In this document: positions 18,672-26,366 of the stretch, piece after piece
How positions within the stretch are numbered: the first letter of the stretch is position 1
Layout: the number at the start of each line of letters is the position of its first letter
Assembly (NCBI RefSeq): GCF_000146505.1
Contig: NC_017448.1
Coordinates: 510,001-542,000, forward strand
Reading direction: 5' to 3'
Source: Fibrobacter succinogenes subsp. succinogenes S85
Lineage (GTDB): Bacteria; Fibrobacterota; Fibrobacteria; Fibrobacterales; Fibrobacteraceae
Length of the DNA: 32,000 nucleotides
Notes under the pieces: generated by a model
Databases searched by the model: none
What the model saw: only the letters and a program-made list of their open reading frames with translations
What the model was told of the DNA's origin: nothing
Program-made: the position numbers and the translations under genes

Positions 18672-19109
18672 ATGGATATTAAAGTTCTCCGTGCAACAGA
18701 AGAATGGCAGCGTGCAGGCGCATATAGCGTGCGCATCCAGGCAATGAATCGGGCGTACCACATTTCGCTCCGTGATGAATTTGACGAGCACGATTGCGAC
18801 GGCACGAAATTCATCGTTTTACTGGATGACGAATATCCTGTTGCGACGTGCAGATTCTACGAGATTGATGCAGAAACGGCAACGATTGGGCGCGTAGTCG
18901 TCATGCCGGAATATCGCGGTCAAAAGCTCGGTGCCATGGCTGTCCGCGAAGCTGAAAAATGGATTGCAGAATGCGGCTACAAACAGATTATCATTGACAG
19001 CCGCTTGGAAGCCACAGGCTTTTACGAAAAACTCGGCTACAAGCATACAGGCGACAAACCGCACCGCTGGGGAGTCTTTGACTGCACCCGCATGAAAAAA
19101 ATTTTCTAG
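18672..19109 (+). CDS. GNAT-family N-acetyltransferase
   Basis: Acetyl-CoA motif VVVMPEYRGQKLGAMAV. ATG 18672 has AAAGG upstream (the track TTG start at 18657 is less likely). Confidence 0.85.
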   Translation: MDIKVLRATEEWQRAGAYSVRIQAMNRAYHISLRDEFDEHDCDGTKFIVLLDDEYPVATCRFYEIDAETATIGRVVVMPEYRGQKLGAMAVREAEKWIAECGYKQIIIDSRLEATGFYEKLGYKHTGDKPHRWGVFDCTRMKKIF

Positions 19110-19960
19110 AACTTGATTGTCACATCAACTCGCGTGGCATCAGGATTTTTCGCTATACGAATCACACCCCAAGTAGAAAAGCCAACAAATCCTACCAGTG
19201 ACGCCAAGCCCACATGTTTCCAGTTATAGTCTTCATCTAACGCATACGACACAGGAATTTCTACAACCATTGATGTAAGTGCCACAAAAATCGCACCATA
19301 GAGTCCCCCAAAAATACCCCAACCAATGCTCGTTTCGGTATCTTGATACATGTGAACCGATTTCACGTCATCAATCCTATAGTTTAAATCACTCTGTATT
19401 TGCATTTTTTTCAGAGGTGTCCAATAATCAAGATTTTGCGTGTTCTTTTTCGATTTATTGCAGATATCTTCTGAAGCATCATTTTTCTTACCGTTTTTTT
19501 TCGGGTACTCCCATAACGATACTTGTTTAGCTTTAGAAAACTGATCCCGTTCAAGCGAAGCACAATATTGCTGTTTGTGCTCTTCAACAACTTCTAATAG
19601 ATTACCCTCTCTGCAATTATCGGTCTGATTTCCAAAACAAGTTTTTTCATGATGCGTATTGATTTCGCTAGTCATGATGGGTTCGCCCTTTTCATCTAAA
19701 AACTCAATTTTGCAAAATGGAGAACCATCACGTTTAGACCAGCACCAATAGAAATTCAAGATGGTCTCTATAGGCGCTTCTTCGGCTTGTTTCTCATCTA
19801 ACAAAAAAGCCGTCGTTCTAACAGATCGGTTAAAATCAAGAAACGCATCCTGCGAAGATTGAAATTCGTACCTTCTTATTTCACGTTTTTCGTCATCACT
19901 AGCAAAAGAAAATGAAGCCGTTAAAAACAACAAGCAACAAATTAAATAACGCAAATTCAC
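19106..19960 (-). CDS. Hypothetical Cys-rich secreted/membrane protein
   Basis: GTG start with AAGGA upstream. N-terminal signal peptide. Gly-rich hydrophobic C-terminal segments ending in ...VDVTIKF. AT-rich. Its stop shares the CTAG tetranucleotide with the convergent GNAT gene stop. Confidence 0.6.
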   Translation of the reverse strand: MNLRYLICCLLFLTASFSFASDDEKREIRRYEFQSSQDAFLDFNRSVRTTAFLLDEKQAEEAPIETILNFYWCWSKRDGSPFCKIEFLDEKGEPIMTSEINTHHEKTCFGNQTDNCREGNLLEVVEEHKQQYCASLERDQFSKAKQVSLWEYPKKNGKKNDASEDICNKSKKNTQNLDYWTPLKKMQIQSDLNYRIDDVKSVHMYQDTETSIGWGIFGGLYGAIFVALTSMVVEIPVSYALDEDYNWKHVGLASLVGFVGFSTWGVIRIAKNPDATRVDVTIKF

Positions 19961-19988
19961 TTACCCATTCCTTAATTATTGATTTTTA

Positions 19989-20618
19989 TTACCCACGATA
20001 CTTTGTATTGTACCCGTGATTTTCACGAGGACGCAAATCATTCGGATACATCACATCGGCGTACACATCTTGCTGTAGCTTTTTCACGATGTTGTAGACT
20101 TCGATGTAATTGGAAATACTATCGATAGAAATGCCTGCATTCGTAGAGGTCGTCCTTCCGTTCCGCGTTACAGGATTCGCCTGAGCCGAAGTCGTAATAA
20201 CATCTCCCACGCCAAACCACTGGTCAAAAATGCCGCGGTGCAAATCCACATGCGAAAGTTCCGCAAACGGTTTTGAATTGTAGTGTTTGCTGAAAACACC
20301 TCCAGACGCATATATAGCCTTGTCCGTAACGATATAATTCGTATTCTGGTAACGCCTAAACGACAAGAGCGCCCCGCCGAGGTAAATCCAGACCGGCATC
20401 AAGTGGAGCAACATGAACGGGACCAAGAAAAATCCGATATGTTCATCTTTGGAAGAAAGCGAAGCACCAATAAAACCAAAATCAATAACGCCCCAAATCA
20501 ATGCAAACGGGAGCAACGGATTAAAAATGCTTTCGAAGATGAAGCACTTTTTGTTGGGCTTCCCCGCATAAATGATTTTTTCGTCTTTACCAATTAACAG
20601 TTTAAGTTCATTGTCCAT
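19989..20618 (-). CDS. Membrane protein with bacterial PH (bPH_2/DUF304, YdbS-like) domain
   Basis: Two N-terminal TM helices followed by RRYQNTNYIVTDKAIY...FDQWFGVGDV, as in YdbS/YdbT-type PH domains. GGAG RBS. Confidence 0.7.
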   Translation of the reverse strand: MDNELKLLIGKDEKIIYAGKPNKKCFIFESIFNPLLPFALIWGVIDFGFIGASLSSKDEHIGFFLVPFMLLHLMPVWIYLGGALLSFRRYQNTNYIVTDKAIYASGGVFSKHYNSKPFAELSHVDLHRGIFDQWFGVGDVITTSAQANPVTRNGRTTSTNAGISIDSISNYIEVYNIVKKLQQDVYADVMYPNDLRPRENHGYNTKYRG

Positions 20619-20733
20619 AAATACGCTCCGGAATGATGAACTATAATAAATTACAATATTTTATTGAGATTTTGAAAATCACGTTTGTTTTTGTTTACAA
20701 TTTTATCAAAAATTAAGATATATTATAGAAGCC

Positions 20734-20749
20734 CCTTTTTATAAAAAGG
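20734..20749. promoter_or_regulatory. Perfect 16-bp palindrome in a divergent intergenic region
   Basis: cctttttataaaaagg lies 37 nt upstream of ATG 20786. Confidence 0.35.
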
Positions 20750-20785
20750 TAGGGGAAAATCAACTTTTAGGGTATGGAGATTAAA

Positions 20786-21304
20786 ATGGAAGAACAGAAC
20801 ATCCATTCGGCAGAAGTCCAAAAACAAATGAGAAAGGTGGGGCTGAAAATTGCGTTTATCATGGCGCTATTGATGAGTTTCGGGCTTTCGCTTACCGGCC
20901 AGCTGATGGCGGAACACCCGCCAGAGATGCCGACAATTGCAATCGTCATCGGATTCTTGAAATGTTTCGCCTTGAGCTTTGTGATTAGCTTTGTGATTGG
21001 CTTTTTTGTGCCGATTTCCAAGGTGAACGCCGCCCTCGCCCGCAAGTTCCATCTGCAGCCACACACGCCAAAGGCTCATTTCGTGGAATCGCTTGCTTCG
21101 AACTTAATCTACACACCGCTAATCACAACTGCCATGGTCTGCTTCGTGTACTTCACAATGATGCCAGAAGGCCACAAGCCGCCGTTCCTTGCGATGTTCA
21201 TTTTCTCACAGGTCGTTTGCCTTGTCGTAGCGCAAGTGTTGATTATGGTATTCGTGCCAATTATCATGAAGCTTGTGCTGCCGAAAATGCCACCGCAACA
21301 ATAA
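20786..21304 (+). CDS. Hypothetical integral membrane protein
   Basis: Four predicted hydrophobic segments. GGAG sits 6 nt before ATG 20786 (an alternative ATG is at 20774). Confidence 0.7.
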   Translation: MEEQNIHSAEVQKQMRKVGLKIAFIMALLMSFGLSLTGQLMAEHPPEMPTIAIVIGFLKCFALSFVISFVIGFFVPISKVNAALARKFHLQPHTPKAHFVESLASNLIYTPLITTAMVCFVYFTMMPEGHKPPFLAMFIFSQVVCLVVAQVLIMVFVPIIMKLVLPKMPPQQ

Positions 21305-21340
21305 CAGTAGACAATCGGCAGTAGGCAGTAAGAAGTAAAA

Positions 21341-21374
21341 ACGCACGGGATGACCCGTGCGTGTTTTGTTTTTT
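21341..21374. terminator. Bidirectional rho-independent terminator (membrane protein gene / sodB)
   Basis: acgcacggg-atga-cccgtgcgt perfect 9-bp stem, flanked by an A-run on the left and a T-run on the right. Confidence 0.8.
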
Positions 21375-21406
21375 AATGAGTTCCCTGCTTTAGGCCGGGA
21401 AGAAAG

Positions 21407-22006
21407 CTAGCCGAGGCGTTCGTTCACGACATCCCAGTTGACGATACTCCACAGCGACTTCAGGTAATCCGGACGACGATTACGGTAGTCTATGTAGTAG
21501 GCGTGTTCCCACACATCGAACGTAAGAAGCGGTTTGAGTCCCTTGGTGATCGGGTTCTGGGCGTTGCCCTCCTGCGTAATCACAAGCTTGCCCGTATCCA
21601 GCGCCGAGAGCCAAACCCAACCAGAGCCAAAAAGTCCAGCCCCCTTCGTCTGGAAATCTTCCTGGAACTTTTCAAACGATCCAAAATCACGTTCAATCAA
21701 CTTTGCGATTTCACCCGTCGGGACATTGCTCATCGTCGGAGCCTTGAACTGCAAAAAGTACATAGCATGGTTCAAAATCTGCCCTGCGTTATTGAACACG
21801 CCACCTTCGGACGTCTTTACGATTTCTTCAAGGGACTTGCCTTCGAAAGCGCTCCCCGGAAGTGCGGCATTGAGATTGTTCACGTACGTCTGCAAGTGCT
21901 TGCCAAAATGGAACAGCATCGTTTCTTGGCTTAATGCAGGAGCCAAATCAGCCATCCCGTACGGAAGCACTGGCATTTCAAATTTTCCATTGACTGGTTC
22001 AAACAT
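21407..22006 (-). CDS. sodB: Superoxide dismutase (Fe type)
   Basis: DVWEHAYYIDYRNRRPDY and FHFGKHLQTYV motifs. AGGAGG RBS 8 nt upstream. Confidence 0.95.
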   Translation of the reverse strand: MFEPVNGKFEMPVLPYGMADLAPALSQETMLFHFGKHLQTYVNNLNAALPGSAFEGKSLEEIVKTSEGGVFNNAGQILNHAMYFLQFKAPTMSNVPTGEIAKLIERDFGSFEKFQEDFQTKGAGLFGSGWVWLSALDTGKLVITQEGNAQNPITKGLKPLLTFDVWEHAYYIDYRNRRPDYLKSLWSIVNWDVVNERLG

Positions 22007-22138
22007 GAAGAACCCTCCTTTTTTGGATAGTTTTTATCATTGCTCAAAGTAAATATATACTCGTCCAGCGCACTATCGTATCAAAAAAGTAAGAAATGAT
22101 TATTCCATATTAAAAGGGAAAAAAACTATAAACAGGAG

Positions 22139-22163
22139 ATGCCCGCTCAGAGGCGGGCATGAC
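22139..22163. repeat. REP-like hairpin element, copy A
   Basis: (agg)ag-atgcccgc-tcagag-gcgggcat-gac. Confidence 0.7.
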
Positions 22164-22200
22164 AAGACCGGCACAGCGGCCGGGATACTGCATAAAGACA

Positions 22201-22225
22201 ATGCCCGCTCAGTGGCGGGCATGAC
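22201..22225. repeat. REP-like hairpin element, copy B
   Basis: atgcccgc-tcagtg-gcgggcat-gac, 62 nt after copy A in the same orientation. Confidence 0.7.
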
Positions 22226-22241
22226 TAGAAATTAAAGTCGA

Positions 22242-22733
22242 TTATTCTTCGTCGCCTTCGTCGGAACCTTCATCGCTAGCAGCAGCTGCGGCGGCATAGT
22301 TACCGAGCAAGATGCTCACGTCCACAGACTGGAGGTCTGCAAGGCTCTTCACGCCCGTTTTCTTGTCTTCTTCGACCTTGCCGAAGTTAGCGACAATGAC
22401 GTTTGCAGAACTGGCTTCAAAGCGGCGAGTCTTATTGGCGAGGCTCATGTTGCCCTTTGTTGCCGGGAAGAACTTGGCTTCGAGTCTAGCCATGTCCTGG
22501 GAGGTTCTAACAGTCTGGAGAGCTCCGCATGCGATGGCCCAAGTGGACTTGTTCATTTCGATGCCGTTGTTCACCAAATCAAGCACCATGGAGTTACCCT
22601 TGAAGGACTTGTTTGTCGTGGCTTCGTAATGTTCCCTGGCCTGGTTCACATAGTTACCCTTCTGCATGAAGAGCATGGCGATAACACCAAAGACGAGAAC
22701 GGTAAGAGCAATGGAAATATTCTTTAAATTCAT
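22242..22733 (-). CDS. Hypothetical membrane-anchored protein with an acidic C-terminus
   Basis: N-terminal TM helix. GGGAGA RBS. Stop/start spacing to the upstream gene is 11 nt. Confidence 0.7.
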   Translation of the reverse strand: MNLKNISIALTVLVFGVIAMLFMQKGNYVNQAREHYEATTNKSFKGNSMVLDLVNNGIEMNKSTWAIACGALQTVRTSQDMARLEAKFFPATKGNMSLANKTRRFEASSANVIVANFGKVEEDKKTGVKSLADLQSVDVSILLGNYAAAAAASDEGSDEGDEE

Positions 22734-22744
22734 GACGTTCTCCC

Positions 22745-23305
22745 TTATTCAAAATGGTATTCAGCCGGCTTTTCGATCTTGAGGCTGTTTGCAAGGTTAT
22801 ACTGGACCAATGCGCTGTAGTCAACGTTCTTGAGCTTGCCCTTGGCATAGCTGAACTTCACAACGCAATTCTTACCGCAAGCGACTTCCTTAGAACCCTT
22901 TTCGTTCTTGAGGAGAATCGTGCCTTCAGCAAGGCCAGCCTTCTGGAAAATGCCGTTCTGCACAGCGTCATTAATGCCAGCGCCAGTGTAAAGGTGAGAA
23001 ATCTGCTTGAAGCGAGCATCCTTGTCGGATTCGATAGCAGCAAGAGCGCTCTTGAATGCGGCTTCGCTCTTAGCACCGGAGAGCACCGTGTAAACAAGCT
23101 TCCAAGCCATGCTGTACTGGTCCACAGAACGCCACTGTTCCACGAGAACCTGAGTATTCTTTTCCAAATAAGCCGACTCCTGTTCGTTTGCAGTGCGTTT
23201 TGCCTGTTCCTCATAGCCGCCCTTGAGCGTCATCAGGATAATGATGAGAGCGACGAGGATGACAACGTCAGCCACGACGAGGATCTTCATTTTCTTTTTA
23301 TCCAT
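22745..23305 (-). CDS. Hypothetical membrane-anchored protein (distant paralog of the next gene)
   Basis: N-terminal TM helix. AAAGGA RBS. The post-TM segment GGYEEQAKR resembles GNYVNQARE in the 163-aa neighbour. Confidence 0.7.
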   Translation of the reverse strand: MDKKKMKILVVADVVILVALIIILMTLKGGYEEQAKRTANEQESAYLEKNTQVLVEQWRSVDQYSMAWKLVYTVLSGAKSEAAFKSALAAIESDKDARFKQISHLYTGAGINDAVQNGIFQKAGLAEGTILLKNEKGSKEVACGKNCVVKFSYAKGKLKNVDYSALVQYNLANSLKIEKPAEYHFE

Positions 23306-23421
23306 AGTATTCCTTTAGAAAAAGTCGTTTCAGAAACAATCTAAACTTTAATTTAAAAAAATCAAGAAAATTTAAAGTAAAAATAGAGCTCTTAGACGCC
23401 TATTTTTTATATTCTTCATGT

Positions 23422-23937
23422 ATGAAAGTCGACATCAACAAATTACCGTCCCAAATTATCTACAACAACCTCAAGGAAATGGTCCGCGCCAAGAATACCG
23501 CGCACGATTCCATTTTCAAGTTCCATTGGAAAAAGATGTGGCCGTTCAGCCTTATTTGGCCGCAAGTGGATTTTGTCCGTATCGTAAGGCTCATGGACGA
23601 ACTGCGCAAGAACGTGGTTTCACAAAAGGCGCTCATCAAGGAAGCGAAGTCCAAAGCTAAGCCGTACGAAAAGACGTTTCTCGACACCGTGCCAGCTTAT
23701 TTAGACAACTTTGATACATCTTGCAAGTGCCTTGCCGATGTTGCCCAGTGGAAGCAGGACATGCTCGAAAAGAAGCTTCACCACGATGTGAAGATGATAC
23801 GCGACGTTTCGGAATACAACAACATTCTCAAGGCATACGAGAAGGCACAAAACGATCTTGTGCAGGCAGGAGCATTTGTTCGTGCCGGCTGGGTCGAAGT
23901 GATTCAAGGCATCACAAAAGAGGGCGAAGGCAAATAA
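23422..23937 (+). CDS. Hypothetical protein (171 aa), first gene of the glycosyltransferase cluster
   Basis: Its stop TAA overlaps the ATG of the next gene (TAATG at 23935-23939). No motif recognised. Confidence 0.65.
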   Translation: MKVDINKLPSQIIYNNLKEMVRAKNTAHDSIFKFHWKKMWPFSLIWPQVDFVRIVRLMDELRKNVVSQKALIKEAKSKAKPYEKTFLDTVPAYLDNFDTSCKCLADVAQWKQDMLEKKLHHDVKMIRDVSEYNNILKAYEKAQNDLVQAGAFVRAGWVEVIQGITKEGEGK

Positions 23938-24903
23938 TGCCCGCAGTAAGCGTCATTATCCCCCTGTACAACACAGAGGCGTTCATCAAGGACTGCCTCG
24001 ATAGTCTCGTTGCACAGACATTTACGGATTTTGAAGTCATCATTGTCGATGACGGATCCACCGACGGTGGCGCAAGAATAGCGGCAAGCTACGCCTCGGC
24101 AGACACGCGCTTCAAGCTCATTGGACAACCGAACAAGGGACCATCCGAAGCCCGCAATACAGGACTCAAGATTATGCGAGGGGAATACGTTACGTTTATC
24201 GATAGCGATGACTGCGTGGCCCCGAACTTTCTGGAAACGTTATTTTTCATAGCGCAATTGCATAAGGCCGATGTCGCCTGCTGTTCCATCAAGAATATCG
24301 ATGAAGCGTACAAGTGCGACGGCACAACGCCCAACACATCTATTTCGGCAAGCCTCACGCCAGAAGAAGCGGCCAGAATTTCGCTTTACCAGGACTCATT
24401 GCCGGATTACTCCCGCCTGGAATAAGCTATACAAGGCCGACTTGTGGAAAGGGAAGTTTTTCCCGGCAAATACGATTTACGAAGATCTCGCCGTCATTCC
24501 CGAAATTTTGCTTGGAGCAAACAAAGTAGTAACGACAAAGTCACACCTCTACTTTTACCGCAAGCGCGCCGGAAGCGAACTCGCCACGCAGACTGGCAGC
24601 ACAAAAATCATCCTTTTGCTAGACATTGCCGAAGACGTTTTCGAAAAGATGAAGCATATTTCGAAGCCGCTTTACAAAGCTGCCCGCAGTATGCTCGTGA
24701 GCGCAAGCTTCAGCATATTGATGCGCACTAGTGACGATGAAAAATTTGCAGAAAGCCGCAAAAGAGCGATTGCGCACATCCGTAAATATCGTTTTGGCAC
24801 GTTCTTTGATTTGAGAATTCGCATGCGCAACCGCATGGCCATTTTGCTTTCGTACCTCCCCCGTTCAATCTTTTTGAAGATTCTTAAGAAAGGTCTTTCG
24901 TGA
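23937..24903 (+). pseudogene. Family 2 glycosyltransferase interrupted by a +1 frameshift
   Basis: The N-terminal part (VSVIIPLYN, DDGSTD, IDSDD) runs 23937-24425. The C-terminal part (AWNKLYK..., YEDL...) continues in another frame to 24903. Removing one C from tCCCg (24412-24414) gives DYSAWNKLYK and a continuous 321-aa ORF. Confidence 0.75.
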
Positions 24904-25997
24904 TTCCCTTAACGTTCAAAGAAGTCGTTATCCGCATGGCGCGGCGCATCCTTGGAGAGGAGCGCGTACACGACCGTTTGATTGAACGAGGGATTAAGTT
25001 AAGGCATTTACAGGACGGGTACTCAAGAAATGGCGAGATTCTCGAAAGTTGCGACGGTGGCGAGAGTCGCGATGGTGGCGAGAGTCGCCAGACGCTCATA
25101 TTCATGGCTGACGGCAAGTGGATGCACGGCGGGCTCACGGACCGCTTGCGCGGAATGGCAAGTGCGTACAAGTTTGCTACCGAGCACAATCTTGACTTCA
25201 AGATTTTCCACACTTCGCCGTTTTTGCTTCAAGAAATTTTGCAGCCGAATAAAGTCGACTGGATTATTGACGAACACGAAATAAGCCACAATTGCGAAAT
25301 TGCCAAGCCCGTATTACTTTACCGCGAGGATTTCAATAATGATTCTGCGCTAGAAAGGCAGCTGGATTCTAGGCACAAGCAGTTCCATCTTTATTCGTGC
25401 GTAGACACTGTCGGCGAAGAATTCCCTAAATACTTTAACGAGCTTTTCAAGCCTTCCCCGCTATTAGAAAATGAACTTGCGCATTACAGCGAACTGCTAG
25501 GCGAAAACTACACCGCTATTTCGTTCCGCTTCCAAAACAAGCTCGGAGATTTTAAGGAATTCACGTTCAAGGAATTGTCAGAGAAGGGCAAGCGGAAACT
25601 GTTGAGTGCGGCGATAAATGTTTTGAAGAAGGAGATGCCCCATCAAGTGGGGCATGACAATTCAGATACAGCATTGTCATGCCCGCCAGTGAGCGGGCAT
25701 CACCATCTCGTCAATGAAACAAGTAAAATACTTGTAACGGCGGATAGTCCGACGTTCCTTGCAGAAGCGGAGAAATTGCCGAACGTTGTTACGGTCAAGG
25801 GCAAAAGCATCCACATCGACTTCAACAGTTCCAAGAACGCTACAGATTATCTGAAAGCGTTCACAGAATTTTTCTTGATTTCAAAGGCTTCCAAAGCAAT
25901 CCTTTACCGTAATCGCAAATACAAGACGTATCCGTCAAACTTTCCAAAGTATGCGGCAATGCTTGGGCATGTGCCGTACGAGATTGTAGAAGAATAA
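24900..25997 (+). CDS. Hypothetical protein, possibly fucosyltransferase-like glycosyltransferase
   Basis: GTG start overlaps the upstream stop (GTGA); an alternative ATG is at 24936. The HGGLTDRLRG motif and C-terminal FFLISKA resemble the GT11/O-FucT-type fold (weak). It contains an 18-bp tandem duplication and two REP-like hairpins in frame. Confidence 0.6.
   Translation: MIPLTFKEVVIRMARRILGEERVHDRLIERGIKLRHLQDGYSRNGEILESCDGGESRDGGESRQTLIFMADGKWMHGGLTDRLRGMASAYKFATEHNLDFKIFHTSPFLLQEILQPNKVDWIIDEHEISHNCEIAKPVLLYREDFNNDSALERQLDSRHKQFHLYSCVDTVGEEFPKYFNELFKPSPLLENELAHYSELLGENYTAISFRFQNKLGDFKEFTFKELSEKGKRKLLSAAINVLKKEMPHQVGHDNSDTALSCPPVSGHHHLVNETSKILVTADSPTFLAEAEKLPNVVTVKGKSIHIDFNSSKNATDYLKAFTEFFLISKASKAILYRNRKYKTYPSNFPKYAAMLGHVPYEIVEE
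25635..25700. repeat. Inverted pair of REP-like hairpins embedded in frame in a CDS
   Basis: atgcccc-atcaagt-ggggcat-gac (25635-25658), a 17-nt spacer, then gtc-atgcccgc-cagtga-gcgggcat (25676-25700). Total is 66 nt, or 22 codons. Confidence 0.7.
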
Positions 25998-26006
25998 GCC
26001 GACCAA

Positions 26007-26366
26007 TTACTTCACGAAGATGCACTGAGCCAGTTGCTGAGAGCCAACGCGGACGCGAAGGATATAAACGCCCAACTTAGGCAACTTCGTCGTCATCGCA
26101 TTTGTTCCAGAAAGAGCCTTTGCAGAAACAGTCGCAATCACATGTCCCTTCACATCCAAGAGCTCAACCTTAGAGCGTTCACCAGCAAGGCTTTCCGGAG
26201 CGTCAAAGGAAACTTGCAATTGGTTCCCCACCTGTACTGAGCGGAGCCCCTTCAGCACATTCTTCGCAACGATTCCTGCAGAGCGAGCTACACGCACAGC
26301 CGCCTTCTTTGTACTAGACGTGAGAGAAACCTGCAGCGGCTTCCCTTCGTGCATTTCAGTTGTCAC
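26007..26366 (-). CDS. C-terminal sorting-domain-like ORF (probably the C-terminal part of the same disrupted gene)
   Basis: 119 aa from a GTG start, with no signal peptide. It ends in ...LPKLGVYILRVRVGSQQLAQCIFVK, resembling Por/T9SS-type C-terminal domains. Its frame is offset by one nucleotide from the upstream ORF. Confidence 0.5.
   Translation of the reverse strand: MTTEMHEGKPLQVSLTSSTKKAAVRVARSAGIVAKNVLKGLRSVQVGNQLQVSFDAPESLAGERSKVELLDVKGHVIATVSAKALSGTNAMTTKLPKLGVYILRVRVGSQQLAQCIFVK

Noticed and set aside
24405-24425. Programmed ribosomal frameshift or phase-variable tract in the GT2 gene.
   Set aside because: There is no slippery heptamer or downstream stimulatory structure, and the homopolymer is only three C. 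A mutation or sequencing error is the simpler explanation.
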